Positions 1 to 9,057 of a DNA stretch of 64,000 bases are shown piece by piece. The notes beneath the pieces were generated by a model. That model made no database searches and was not told the origin of the DNA. It saw nothing but the letters and a program-made list of their open reading frames with translations. Location of the stretch: positions 64,001 to 128,000 of the forward strand of contig CAVUWV010000013.1 of assembly GCA_963745075.1 (NCBI GenBank), in the 5' to 3' direction. The stretch is from Candidatus Hydrogenedentota bacterium (GTDB lineage Bacteria; Hydrogenedentota; Hydrogenedentia; Hydrogenedentales; SLHB01). The number at the start of each line of letters is the position of its first letter. Position 1 is the first letter of the stretch. The position numbers and the translations under genes are program-made.

Positions 1-355
1 TCGGCCTATTGGCTGGCTTATTCATCGGCTACATCGAGAACTTGGCGCGGGTGGCGTGGCTGCGAGATTGATGCGCGGGCCTTTAGCCGGCAAACAGTTT
101 AATCTTTACAAAAGCCCGATGATTATTGGCTCTACTCCACGAGCAGACATATATCTCTTCAAAGACCCTAGTATTTCACCCGAACACGCCTCAATTACTA
201 TCACTGGATCCAAATTCTTGTTGACCGACATGAACAGTCAATCCGGAGTATTCGTAAATGGTAGGCGTATTACTAAATGCATTCTCCAAAAGGGAGACGT
301 TGTGACCTTAGGTCAAACGGTGCTCAAGTACGACGATCGAGAAAAGAGGGGGTAA
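1..355 (+). CDS. Membrane-associated FHA-domain protein, 5'-truncated by the window edge, apparent frameshift near nt 66
   Basis: ORF 56-355 has FHA signatures (IIGS..RADI, SISPEHA, DMNSQSGVFVNG, LQKGDVVTLG). Frame 3 from nt 3 reads a hydrophobic GLLAGLFIGYIENLARVAWLR that joins LMRGPLAGKQF after a shift. Confidence 0.8.
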   Translation, partial: RPIGWLIHRLHRELGAGGVAARLMRGPLAGKQFNLYKSPMIIGSTPRADIYLFKDPSISPEHASITITGSKFLLTDMNSQSGVFVNGRRITKCILQKGDVVTLGQTVLKYDDREKRG

Positions 356-362
356 TACGGCT

Positions 363-1099
363 TTGCCAGCGATTAAGTTCCGGTGTCCGTCGTGTGGGAA
401 GACGATGCGAGCACCAATCGAAAGGGCTGGTTCCAAGGGTAAGTGTCCTGACTGTCTTTCCCCTATAGTTGTTCCAAGGCCAGTGTTCCAAGCAGTAGAA
501 CGTCCTTTTGCACAGCCGAGTTCTTCTGCCCCCGGGAACCGGTTTCTAATCGGACTCTGCCTGAGCGAATGCGTGCGAATCGTACCATCGCGGGAGAATA
601 TGTCCTCAATGCCACACCGAGATCGAGTTTAGGGGATCCCATCGTCAATTGCAGGGACTGCGACGTTAGCTCCCACGAACATTGTTATGAACGGGTTGGT
701 AGCTGTCCGAACGTCGAATGTCGCTCGCAATCAAATCCGCCACCTACACCCGCAAGCGGAACGCAGCAAATAGCACAAACAGCACCGGAACTTTCGGGAC
801 CCACAATATCCTGCCCATATTGCGGTGAAGCCATAATGGCCACCGCGAAGAAATGCAAATATTGTCAGGAATGGCTCGACGAATCTCTCCGAAAAATTAA
901 TGAGCGGATGGGTAAGAACGAGGACGACAACATGACGGCGGTTAACGTCCTGTTGTGCGTCTTCTGCTCAGGTATCGGCTGCGTTATGGGATTGATTTAC
1001 GCAATACAAGGCAAAAAGAAGGGGTGGAAGATGATGGTGTTAAGTATTGTCATTTCCTTCCTCTTCAGTCTGCTGAGAGCTATTATGGAGGAGTCGTAG
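363..1099 (+). CDS. Zn-ribbon + prokaryotic RING finger (Prok-RING_1-like) + Zn-ribbon + 2-TM membrane protein, reconstructed across three homopolymer indels
   Basis: N-terminal CPSC...CPDC. Joining frames at ~530, ~592 and ~629 gives ICPQCHTEIELGDPIVNCRDCDVSSHEHCYERVGSCPNVEC (C2-C...C2C-H-C-C-C), then CPYCGEAI...CKYC and two hydrophobic helices. Confidence 0.7.
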
Positions 1100-1102
1100 C
1101 CA

Positions 1103-1719
1103 ATGGCAGCGCCTAGTAATAAACCACACAGAGCTGGTCGGCGCGAGGCAGGACAAACCTGCCTTATCTGTCACGTACCGATCATTATTGGCGAATGGCT
1201 CACCTCATGTTCATCATGCAAGCTCCACTACCACCTCGAATGCTGGAATGAGAACGGTGGCTGCGCTCAGTACGGTTGCGACCAGGCTCCCGATGCAGAG
1301 CAATATGAAACGAATCAATTCCAGTCAAACGTGTGGGCCGAGGACAAGACGTGCCCAACTGCCATCAACGCATCAAGGCCGTGGCACTGAAATGCAGGTT
1401 TTGTGGGACGCTATTTGAAACGAGAGACTATGTCTCACAAGACGATTTCGCTAAACGTGAATATCGAGACCGAGAATATACGTTTGCACGAAATGCTCTC
1501 GTCCTTTTGTTTCTTCTCTCGATTACCGGATGTCTCAGCCCTGTCGCATTGATATTGCACCTCATCCTACGCTACGGCGGCCGTCTGGGTAGCAAGCTCG
1601 AGTTTAACCGATTTCCAGATGAACTCAAGGCCCTGAACCTGATAGGGCTCGTAATGAGTGGCGGACTTGTGGCTTTGGGCTTTCTTGCCTTATTGCTTCA
1701 AGCCTCACAGAGTATCTAA
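1103..1719 (+). CDS. Prokaryotic RING finger + Zn-ribbon + TM membrane protein, one frameshift at ~1355
   Basis: GQTCLICHVPIIIGEWLTSCSSCKLHYHLECWNENGGCAQYGC. Adding one C to the CCC run at ~1354 gives KTCPNCHQRIKAVALKCRFCG followed by hydrophobic segments. Confidence 0.75.
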
Positions 1720-1739
1720 AGCGGAGATGTTGAAGTTAC

Positions 1740-3014
1740 ATGGTGGCTTCGGAAGCAAGAGCTGAACATGAAAGGTGAGACCTGCCCAGCATGTGGTCGA
1801 TGCTTTGAGGTCGGTGAAGTTGGTTTCCACTTGCGAAGAGTGCCTCGCTGTTTATCATGTGCTGTGTTGGGAATCCGCGGGGGGGTGTGTCAACTGTTTC
1901 TCGGCCTGCTTCAAGCCCAGAGCACACTATAAAGTCCGAACCGGACCTTGTGATCTATGGATACGAAGCGCGTATGGCAAAACCACCTCCCCCTGGTATG
2001 CCCGTCCGACCAGCGGAAGAAGTCGCGGCGGAATTCGCGCCAAGGTCTTCGGTGGCGGGTAAGTGGCTGACCGGGGTAGCTGTATTCGCAGCGGTCCTGT
2101 CCGTAATGGCAATTCCAGGAGCCATTAGTGAGAACCTTCCCATGGTATTCGTGGGCGTTGTTTCGGCGGTTGTCGGAATCACGGTTGGAATCGCGGCTGC
2201 AATTCTCGCATGGACACAACATAGGTTTTGCCCTCTGTCCGTTGGTTCGGTGGTGATAAGTTGCTCAGTAATACTTGTGACAGGATTCGTGAGTGATCAT
2301 GTGTCAAGGGAAGATTCCCTATACGGTACAGGTATCACGGAACTGGAAAACTCGCAACTAACCGAAGCGCAACTTGCGAATCTTCCTGCTCCAATCGCCA
2401 ATGCCTTGCGGGCAAATGTTCTTATAGTGCATAAACGTCTCACGGAGACGACTTACGGGTCCGGAACGATTACTCGTGTCGCAGAGGGAAAAGTCTATAT
2501 ACTGACAAACAGACATGTATTGGGGGACGGCCAAGTCACAATTCACTTCTACTCTGGACAGTCTACCCGTGGTGAGATCGTATGGTTGGCACCGGGAGAC
2601 ATTGATCTTGCGTTTGTTGTATGTCACGCCGAGACAAACGTCGATTTTCCGGGCATTACAGTTCTTGATGGTCAAATGAATCCTGGCAATGGCTCCTTTG
2701 CCGTCGGCAATCCGATGCATCTGCCATGGACTTACACGAATGGCGCAATTTCTTCTGTTAGGTCTAGACAATACGGCGAACGGACGCTGTACGTGTACCA
2801 AACGCAGACTCCGATAAATCCTGGAAGCAGCGGTGGCGGGCTATATTCGGAAGACGGCGTATTGATCGGAGTCAATACCTGGACAGAAGATAAAGCTGTT
2901 TCTGAAGGTATTAACTTCAGCATTACAACAATGAGTCTTCTCGATTTGCTGCGTGAGGAGGAACTTCATCGTTTTATACGTGAAATCGCTACAATTGGCC
3001 AAGTAGAGGCATAA
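1740..3014 (+). CDS. Prokaryotic RING finger - 3 TM - trypsin-like (S1C/HtrA-type) serine protease fusion, N-terminus split by indels
   Basis: Reconstructed N-terminus ETCPACGRCFEVGE.VSTCEECLAVYHVLCWESAGGCVNC. ORF 1857-3014 has three hydrophobic helices and the protease triad motifs LTNRHV, DIDLA and INPGSSGGGL. No PDZ domain. Confidence 0.8.
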
Positions 3015-3050
3015 GGTGCTCGAACGAATAAGTGTGGAGATCTAGATCCT

Positions 3051-3934
3051 ATGAGCGTGCGTCTCAGACGGCTTACGTCAGATTATGAGAGAGTCCGAAC
3101 ACTATTTCAGGACAATCAACGGATTTGTTTAGTGGAAAAGACTGGGAAGCCGCCGGAGTACTACGTGTTTCAGTATCACGTGAGGAGTCTGCAGCAGGAC
3201 ATCGATTCAGGAACGTTACGGTGGGCCAACTCTTTTCGAGTTGAGATAAACTTACCAGGAACATACCCTCGCACATCTCCGCATTGCCGGGCGATTACAC
3301 CCGTGTTTCATCCGAATATCGCACCGCACTCCATCTGTATTGGCGACCATTGGGCCGCCGGTGAGTCCCTGGTAAACTTAATTGTTCGCATTGGCGAGAT
3401 GCTTGCCTATCAGTCGTACAACGTCAAAAGTCCTCTAAATGGAGATGCGGCACAATGGGCTGAAAAGAACAAGTCGCGTCTTCCGGTTGACCGTTTCGAC
3501 TTTTCCTCCTTACTTGCAAGAGGCGAAGTTTTGCGCGCCCACGAAGATCAGGTCAGCGGAGTATGCGCGAACTGCGGTCTCGAGGGGAGGGAGCTAAACT
3601 TCAGGTCTGCGTAAGTGGGCACACGACCTGCGAGGCTTGTCTGATACCCTGTGGACGATGTGGAAAACCAATGTGCATGGCCTGCGAGTTGATGAAATGC
3701 GATGTATGTGGTCAACCAACGTGCCCCCAATGCAGGGTGCGGTGCGCGATGTGCGGTAGCGTTGTATGCACTGATGACGCCACGCGGTGCAAAGTGTGCA
3801 AGGGGATTTATTGCCGTAATTGCTTGGTTAGGTGTTTCCGGTGCGGGTTTATCGTATGTATCAATCATATGAATAAGGTTAGGGACCCAGATGGCGAAAA
3901 GAAATTCGTTTGCAGTGTGTGCGGAAGCGATTGA
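3051..3934 (+). CDS. Ubiquitin-conjugating enzyme E2 (UBC fold) with a C-terminal RING-like/Cys-rich Zn-binding region, frameshift at ~3585
   Basis: RLRRLTSDY, YPRTSP, TPVFHPNI....ICIGDHW, SPLNGDAAQWA give the canonical UBC HPN motif and catalytic Cys. ORF 3563-3934 continues CANC... into CVSGHTTCEAC and tandem CxxC-x4-CxxC units. RBS GGAG upstream. Confidence 0.9.
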
Positions 3935-4418
3935 CAACGTGAGATTTGCCGACCCCGTACCGGGGGTGCGCAATCTGTCAAAGATTTTGCCGTTTACGTG
4001 GCAAGTCGAGCACAAAGCCTCGTCTCACTTAACTGCCATTATTCTGTTTGCATGTTTCGTTGGCTTTCCCTTCCTGTTGAATATTGAACAGCCCAACGGT
4101 ACGCAGGATAGTTGTGTGTCAATCGGTGGTCTGCAACTGCCCCGAATTTGCATGAGCCAAAGCTTGTTTGGAGTTCGGTGTCCAGGATGTGGTCTCACAC
4201 GGTCATTTGTCGCGCTAACTCACGGCGAATGGGCTGCCTCAATCCAACATCATCGACTAGGACCGGTGGTGTACCTGTACTTTGTCGCGCTGATCCTCTT
4301 TCATGCTTACGGTTTATTTGCACGTGCTCGGCCCTTGCCGCGGGGGCTGGTGTACGGTCACCAGATTGCCGCCTTAGTTCTAATTGGGGGGTTGTTCTTG
4401 ATTTGGGCGTTCCAGTAA
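3891..4418 (+). CDS. DUF2752-family membrane protein (true start may be GTG ~3939)
   Basis: C..Q.LFGVRCPGCGLTRSFVALTHG motif flanked by hydrophobic helices. Confidence 0.8.
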   Translation: MAKRNSFAVCAEAIDNVRFADPVPGVRNLSKILPFTWQVEHKASSHLTAIILFACFVGFPFLLNIEQPNGTQDSCVSIGGLQLPRICMSQSLFGVRCPGCGLTRSFVALTHGEWAASIQHHRLGPVVYLYFVALILFHAYGLFARARPLPRGLVYGHQIAALVLIGGLFLIWAFQ

Positions 4419-4469
4419 GGCGCATCAGAACACGTTGTTGGTCCGCGGTACGAAGACTCTAGGTATCGT

Positions 4470-4505
4470 CGAGTACGAGTACGAGACCGAGTAGGAAGTA
4501 CGATT
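4470..4505. repeat. Degenerate CGAGTA hexamer tandem repeat between convergent genes
   Basis: cgagta-cgagta-cgagac-cgagta-ggaagta-cgatt. Confidence 0.6.
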
Positions 4506-4545
4506 AACAGGACCCGAAAAGAGTTAATTTGCTCTAGCGTTACGG

Positions 4546-5697
4546 CTACTCGACCACCTGCTCGAATACCGCAAAATCGCCCGGATTCCACGCTTGCGCG
4601 ATGATGTAGAGTTTCCCGTCGAGAATGATCCCCGTGGCATTGTGGACGTGCTGGAAATTCTCCAACCCGAGTTCGGCCTTCGGCATAATGGTCGAAACCA
4701 CCTTTTCGTCTTCGAGGATGTAGATCGGCGCGCCGAGGTCGCGGTTCGGGCCGTGTAGGCAACCGACGATCATGTACGGACCCACATAGTCGACGTCACA
4801 GGGGAAAGCACCGGCCGGCACGTTCACGGTATCGCGATACTGGCCGAAACGCGTGAACCGCTCCAGCTCCGCATTGGGGCGATCCGAGACCACGAGGCGT
4901 TTCCGATCCGGCGAGACGGTGATTCCATGGCCCGTGCCGAACTGGCCGGGCGCGTCGCCTTTTCCGCCGAACACCAAGTCGTACCAATGGGACGCGAAGG
5001 GTTTGGTCGAGTCGATTTGTGCGGTCAGCACGTAATCCAAGTCCGAGTAGCCCGTCGTGATGTAGTAGAGCCCATTCAACTGCTCCACGTCGGTGGGCAC
5101 GAACTTTCCGCCGCCCGCGAAGTAGCCGTCCACCGTCGGTTCGTCGAAGCTGTGGCCGGTCGGCGTATCGAGGGTGTTGACCAGCTTTCCGTCCAACGTC
5201 GTCGTAAACACCTTGCCCGCGTCGTTGGCCGGGAAGACCAGGAACGGCGTGCCGTCCGGGTCGTACCAGATGGTGGTGTTGTGCTCGTTCGTGTCGCGCA
5301 CTTCGGGCGCCGTATCCAGGAGTTCCGTCGAGGCCAGGTCGGCGCTCATCTTGATGATGCCGGCCCCGGGCAACGCGAAATAAGTTTGGCCATAGCCTTC
5401 CCGACGATCCACGGCGAACCCGCCGTGCGCTTTCACGAGCACCTCGATGGCTTGCGCGGGTAGATGGTCGCTCGTGTACAGCACGCGGAATTTCAATTTG
5501 CCCTGCCCGCTGACCGCCGGCTCTGCACCGGTCCGCACCGCCGCCAACGGGAGCAGGTGCTGTGATACGTGGGACGCGACTTGTACGGCGGCGTCGTGAT
5601 CGTGATCGCCGTGGCCGGGATGGGCGAAGGCCGGAACGGCCACACCCATCGCTAACATCACCGCGACAAGCACAGAAATGCTGAATGAACGGAACAT
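4546..5697 (-). CDS. Secreted NHL-repeat-like/beta-propeller protein with a His-rich N-terminus
   Basis: ATG at 5697 with a GGAGAGG RBS. Signal peptide ends AFA-HPGHGDHDHD. GKGDAPGQFGTGHGITV and VSDRPN are NHL-like motifs. Confidence 0.65.
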   Translation of the reverse strand: MFRSFSISVLVAVMLAMGVAVPAFAHPGHGDHDHDAAVQVASHVSQHLLPLAAVRTGAEPAVSGQGKLKFRVLYTSDHLPAQAIEVLVKAHGGFAVDRREGYGQTYFALPGAGIIKMSADLASTELLDTAPEVRDTNEHNTTIWYDPDGTPFLVFPANDAGKVFTTTLDGKLVNTLDTPTGHSFDEPTVDGYFAGGGKFVPTDVEQLNGLYYITTGYSDLDYVLTAQIDSTKPFASHWYDLVFGGKGDAPGQFGTGHGITVSPDRKRLVVSDRPNAELERFTRFGQYRDTVNVPAGAFPCDVDYVGPYMIVGCLHGPNRDLGAPIYILEDEKVVSTIMPKAELGLENFQHVHNATGIILDGKLYIIAQAWNPGDFAVFEQVVE

Positions 5698-5950
5698 ACC
5701 AGGACCTCTCCCTCGGTTGGTTTGCCTTGCAAGCGCAAAGTATGGCAGGAATCGGTCGAGGCAGGCAAGTAGAAACACCGAAAGGCGGACGGTGTGCGGC
5801 TCGATTGATGACATCGCCGAGGGATATCTTGAACGCGACATGCAAAACGCAGTAGAACGTGGGACACATCCTGGCCGCCGCGGTGGATCGAATTCATTGG
5901 GCGGCTAACGATCGAGGCGAAATCGGTTGGATACTGGAAAGGGTACAGAC

Positions 5951-6898
5951 GTGACGACAGTCAATCTGGTCACTGGTGGCGCGGGATTCATTGGATCCCA
6001 CCTCTGCGAGGAGTTGTTGAAGCGTGGGGAACAGGTGTTGTGTCTCGACAATTTTTTCACGGGGCGCAAGCGGAACATCGAACACTTGATCGAGAATCCC
6101 CATTTTGAACTCATCCGCCACGATGTTACTGAACCGATACTCCTCGAAGTCGACCAGATCTATAACCTAGCGTGCCCGGCTTCGCCGATTCACTACCAGT
6201 ACAACCCCGTCAAGACCATCAAGACCAACGTCATGGGCGCGCTCAACATGCTGGGGCTGGCGAAGCGCGTCGGTGCCCGCATCCTGCAGGCATCCACGTC
6301 CGAGATATACGGCGATCCCGAGGTGCATCCCCAGCCCGAGTCCTATTGGGGCAACGTGAACACTATCGGTGTGCGCAGTTGCTACGACGAAGGCAAGCGC
6401 GTCACCGAGACGCTGTTCTTCGACTATCACCGCCAGAACAACGTGGATATCCGCGTGGTGCGCATCTTCAATACCTACGGACCGAAGATGCTGGTGAACG
6501 ACGGCCGCGTGGTGAGCAACTTCATCGTCCAGGCGTTGCGCGGCGAACCGATCACGATCTACGGCGACGGAAGCCAGACGCGGTCCTTCTGCTACGTCAG
6601 CGATCTCGTCGACGGGTTGATCCGGATGATGGACGTGGATGGATTCACCGGTCCCGTAAACCTTGGAAACCCCGGCGAGTTCACCATCCGCCAACTCGCG
6701 GACGAGGTGCTCCGCCTGACCGGCAGCACGTCCGAACTCAAGACGATGCCCTTGCCAGCCGATGACCCGACCCGGCGTCAACCCGTCATCGACTTGGCCA
6801 AGGAACGCCTCGGCTGGGAACCGACCATTCCTCTGTCCGAAGGGTTGCCCCGCACCATCGAGTATTTCGAACGCGTTGTGAAAGCGGAGAGTGGGTAG
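5951..6898 (+). CDS. uxs: UDP-glucuronic acid decarboxylase (UDP-xylose synthase), extended SDR
   Basis: [57 protein letters not shown]. Confidence 0.92.
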   Translation: MTTVNLVTGGAGFIGSHLCEELLKRGEQVLCLDNFFTGRKRNIEHLIENPHFELIRHDVTEPILLEVDQIYNLACPASPIHYQYNPVKTIKTNVMGALNMLGLAKRVGARILQASTSEIYGDPEVHPQPESYWGNVNTIGVRSCYDEGKRVTETLFFDYHRQNNVDIRVVRIFNTYGPKMLVNDGRVVSNFIVQALRGEPITIYGDGSQTRSFCYVSDLVDGLIRMMDVDGFTGPVNLGNPGEFTIRQLADEVLRLTGSTSELKTMPLPADDPTRRQPVIDLAKERLGWEPTIPLSEGLPRTIEYFERVVKAESG

Positions 6899-6916
6899 GC
6901 GTCCGCCGTAAAATGG

Positions 6917-7255
6917 GTGATCGGGAGTGCGCCTATCCACTCGAGAGGCAATCGCATCGAGCGGAAGGTTCAACTTCGGCTTTTCGGCGGACCAGCCGCC
7001 AGCGCCGTACCCCTGGTTGCATTCCTGGGCACTACCGTCGCCCTCGTCATCGGTTGCGTGCCAACCGGGACTGATTGTTGGCGCCATGCTCGGCATCTCC
7101 GGGAATGCTGCTCGCTCCGCGGTCACTTCGTGGATTGTGCTATCGTGCCGGTTGTTCCGTGGGCGCCGGAGGTGGTTTACGCGTTCTCCCCGCTCGTGTT
7201 TCTTCCGCTAATTATTGTGGCGATATGGACGCAGTACGGCACGAAATCGGGCTAG
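6917..7255 (+). pseudogene. Probable degraded membrane-protein (transporter-like) remnant
   Basis: Hydrophobic segments alternate between two frames (LFGGPAASAVPLVAFLG / GLIVGAMLGI / AFSPLVFLPLIIVAIW). No continuous plausible ORF. Confidence 0.3.
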
Positions 7256-7308
7256 GGCAGTTTAATGGCGTCTTTCGATACCGGTTAAGTTACACTTTGA
7301 TTCACGTG

Positions 7309-7369
7309 GCCGAGCTGTCGTGTGGCGCCTCGCCTGCATCTTCGGTTGCACATGTACTATCCCATCGCG
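7309..7369. repeat. ~60-bp imperfect direct repeat, copy 1 (copy 2 is 10215-10235 + 11418-11455, split by IS630)
   Basis: gccgagctgtcgtgtggcgcctcgcctgcatcttcggttgcacatgtactatcccatcgcg vs gccgagcagtggtgtgggcta|gcttgcaacttcggttgcacgtgtactatccggtcgcg. Confidence 0.75.
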
Positions 7370-7463
7370 TTCCCCTTGTGGTCCGATCCATTGAAAAATC
7401 CGTTAAGAGAAAATTCCTTGGATTTCCTCATGTCGGACTAATAGAATTGGACCCGGTATTTTC

Positions 7464-7691
7464 CTAATTCCCCTGGGAGGGTGGGTTCTCGTTTACATTG
7501 TCGCCATTCACGACAATTGAATTCGGATCCTGATTTAACAGCTTTTGCGAACGCATTTCGGCAGCTTCGGGACTGCTGTCGATTTCGTTGGATTGCTTTT
7601 GCTCCGGACTGCTGGATCCTCCGCAGCCGATAGCTCCCATCCCGGCCGCGAGTATCAACGCGCCCGTAAGAACTCTGTGTAGTTTTGACAT
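7464..7691 (-). CDS. Small lipoprotein downstream of the DUF1559 gene
   Basis: Signal peptide II with lipobox GAIG-C followed by GGSSS. AGGA RBS. Confidence 0.7.
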   Translation of the reverse strand: MSKLHRVLTGALILAAGMGAIGCGGSSSPEQKQSNEIDSSPEAAEMRSQKLLNQDPNSIVVNGDNVNENPPSQGN

Positions 7692-7741
7692 CGGTATTGA
7701 TCCTGACTAATTCTGCCATTCGCCTAACAACTCAAGATCGA

Positions 7742-7770
7742 CCTGGATCGCCTCATAGAGGCGATCCAGG
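7742..7770. terminator. Strong intergenic hairpin 3' of the DUF1559 gene (terminator or mRNA-stabilising stem-loop)
   Basis: cctggatcgcctc-ata-gaggcgatccagg, perfect 13-bp stem. No clear U-tract on the minus strand. Confidence 0.6.
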
Positions 7771-7790
7771 CCTTTGTTCTATCTCCAAGA

Positions 7791-8771
7791 CTATTGAAAC
7801 GCCGCCGCCAACGGATTCGATAACGGAGAATCGTTGTTAGAATATTTCGAGAAGGAGACGTGCCCATCAAAGTACAGAATATTAGCGCCACCTGGAACGT
7901 GATTAAATTTTGATACCGATAACGTCTCGCGGTCCCACATCAGGACGATGGAACTTTGCGATTTCGCCGAACCCGCCGGGTTGTTGATATCGGTTATCAA
8001 GAACCGTTCAATTCCTTCGCGAAGCCGATGGATGTCCGTTCCTTTCCCCTTCATTTTGTTGTCGTTGGGGTCTGGAAAGAGGCCAACTTGAATGCTGGCC
8101 ATCGAGGCGGACGCTGCGCCGCCGCCCACTGCGTTAAAGAACGCGGTGAGACCGGCTTGCCCACCGCCGAGCAAGCCGTCGTACGAATCGATCGTCGCGG
8201 AAATGGCGGAGTCGCTCAAGTCGAAATCGGGCTGCTCCGGGTGCATTGGGTCAGGGGGTGTGCCGAGCACATTCTTTTTCGCGAAATTATACACCGCTAC
8301 CAAATGACCTGGTGTACCAAGTAGATAACCGCCGCCCCATCGGTACCCCCGGGCATCAATCTGCATCGGGTCGATGACATCGGGGTTTGTGGTGCTGCAC
8401 CACCGGCCACCCGGACATTCGATATTATCGCTCGGCTGGTTTTCGGATTCGCCATTGGACGGGCAAAACAGTACATTTAAGTCGGTAAGATATTCTGGGA
8501 ACAAATCATACATGTGCGGAATTGTCGCTTGCCATTCACCGGTCCCGCTGTCGCACCCGGGGCACCATCGCGTGGGGGGGAGCTTTTCGCCTTTGCTCTC
8601 GTTGGTGAACATTTTAAACACCAATCCCATTTGCTTAAGATTGTTCTGGCAGCTTGCCCGTCTGGCAGCCTCCCGCGCCCTGGCCAATGCTGGCAGTAAG
8701 ATTGCCGCCAGGATCCCAATGATGGCAATTACAACCAGGAGTTCGATTAGCGTAAACCCTTTTCGTTCCAT
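7791..8771 (-). CDS. DUF1559 / prepilin-type N-methylation domain protein with H-X9-DG tail
   Basis: [44 protein letters not shown] at the N-terminus. [17 protein letters not shown] at the C-terminus. Confidence 0.92.
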   Translation of the reverse strand: MERKGFTLIELLVVIAIIGILAAILLPALARAREAARRASCQNNLKQMGLVFKMFTNESKGEKLPPTRWCPGCDSGTGEWQATIPHMYDLFPEYLTDLNVLFCPSNGESENQPSDNIECPGGRWCSTTNPDVIDPMQIDARGYRWGGGYLLGTPGHLVAVYNFAKKNVLGTPPDPMHPEQPDFDLSDSAISATIDSYDGLLGGGQAGLTAFFNAVGGGAASASMASIQVGLFPDPNDNKMKGKGTDIHRLREGIERFLITDINNPAGSAKSQSSIVLMWDRETLSVSKFNHVPGGANILYFDGHVSFSKYSNNDSPLSNPLAAAFQ

Positions 8772-8830
8772 GTTTTTGCCCTTTCAATCAGTAGTAGTGA
8801 AATATATGAGAACACAACAATACCGCATTA

Positions 8831-8880
8831 AATTATCGATGCCTATAATTCATTCTAAATCATTGTGGTCCTTCTGTCAA
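8831..8880 (-). promoter_or_regulatory. Sigma70 promoter of the DUF1559 gene with a partial LacI-type operator downstream
   Basis: Minus strand TTGACA (8880-8875), 17 bp, TAGAAT (8857-8852). AATTATCGAT at 8831-8840 matches 10 bp of the palindrome at 9007. Confidence 0.75.
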
Positions 8881-8964
8881 TATTCGAATTTCAAGTTTTG
8901 TATGTGGCGTACTTTTATGGTAAATATGTAATATGTAATAGTTTACGTTTGTCTGTGTTGTATC

Positions 8965-9020
8965 TTGACAATAGTGGCGAGATCTCGTATCGTTCGGCCG
9001 AAAAAGAATTATCGATAATT
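8965..9020 (+). promoter_or_regulatory. Sigma70 promoter of the LacI-family gene plus a perfect palindromic operator
   Basis: TTGACA (8965-8970), 17 bp, TATCGT (8988-8993). AATTATCGATAATT (9007-9020) has the central CG typical of LacI-family operators. Confidence 0.75.
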
Positions 9021-9057
9021 GTCATACAGGAACGATCAAGCTGAAGGGAAGGTACCA

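Noticed and set aside
1..4418. Ubl, E1 or JAB genes within the visible part of the ubiquitin locus
   Set aside because: No beta-grasp ORF ending in GG, no ThiF GxGxxG and no HSH-x-D JAB motif were found. If present, they lie upstream of the window.
4796..7126. Long alternative-frame or antisense ORFs (e.g. 4796-5869, 6167-7126; similarly 24396-25694, 31225-32427, 51806-52918, 53129-54235, 57211-58365)
   Set aside because: They are GC-rich codon-bias shadows of well-supported genes.
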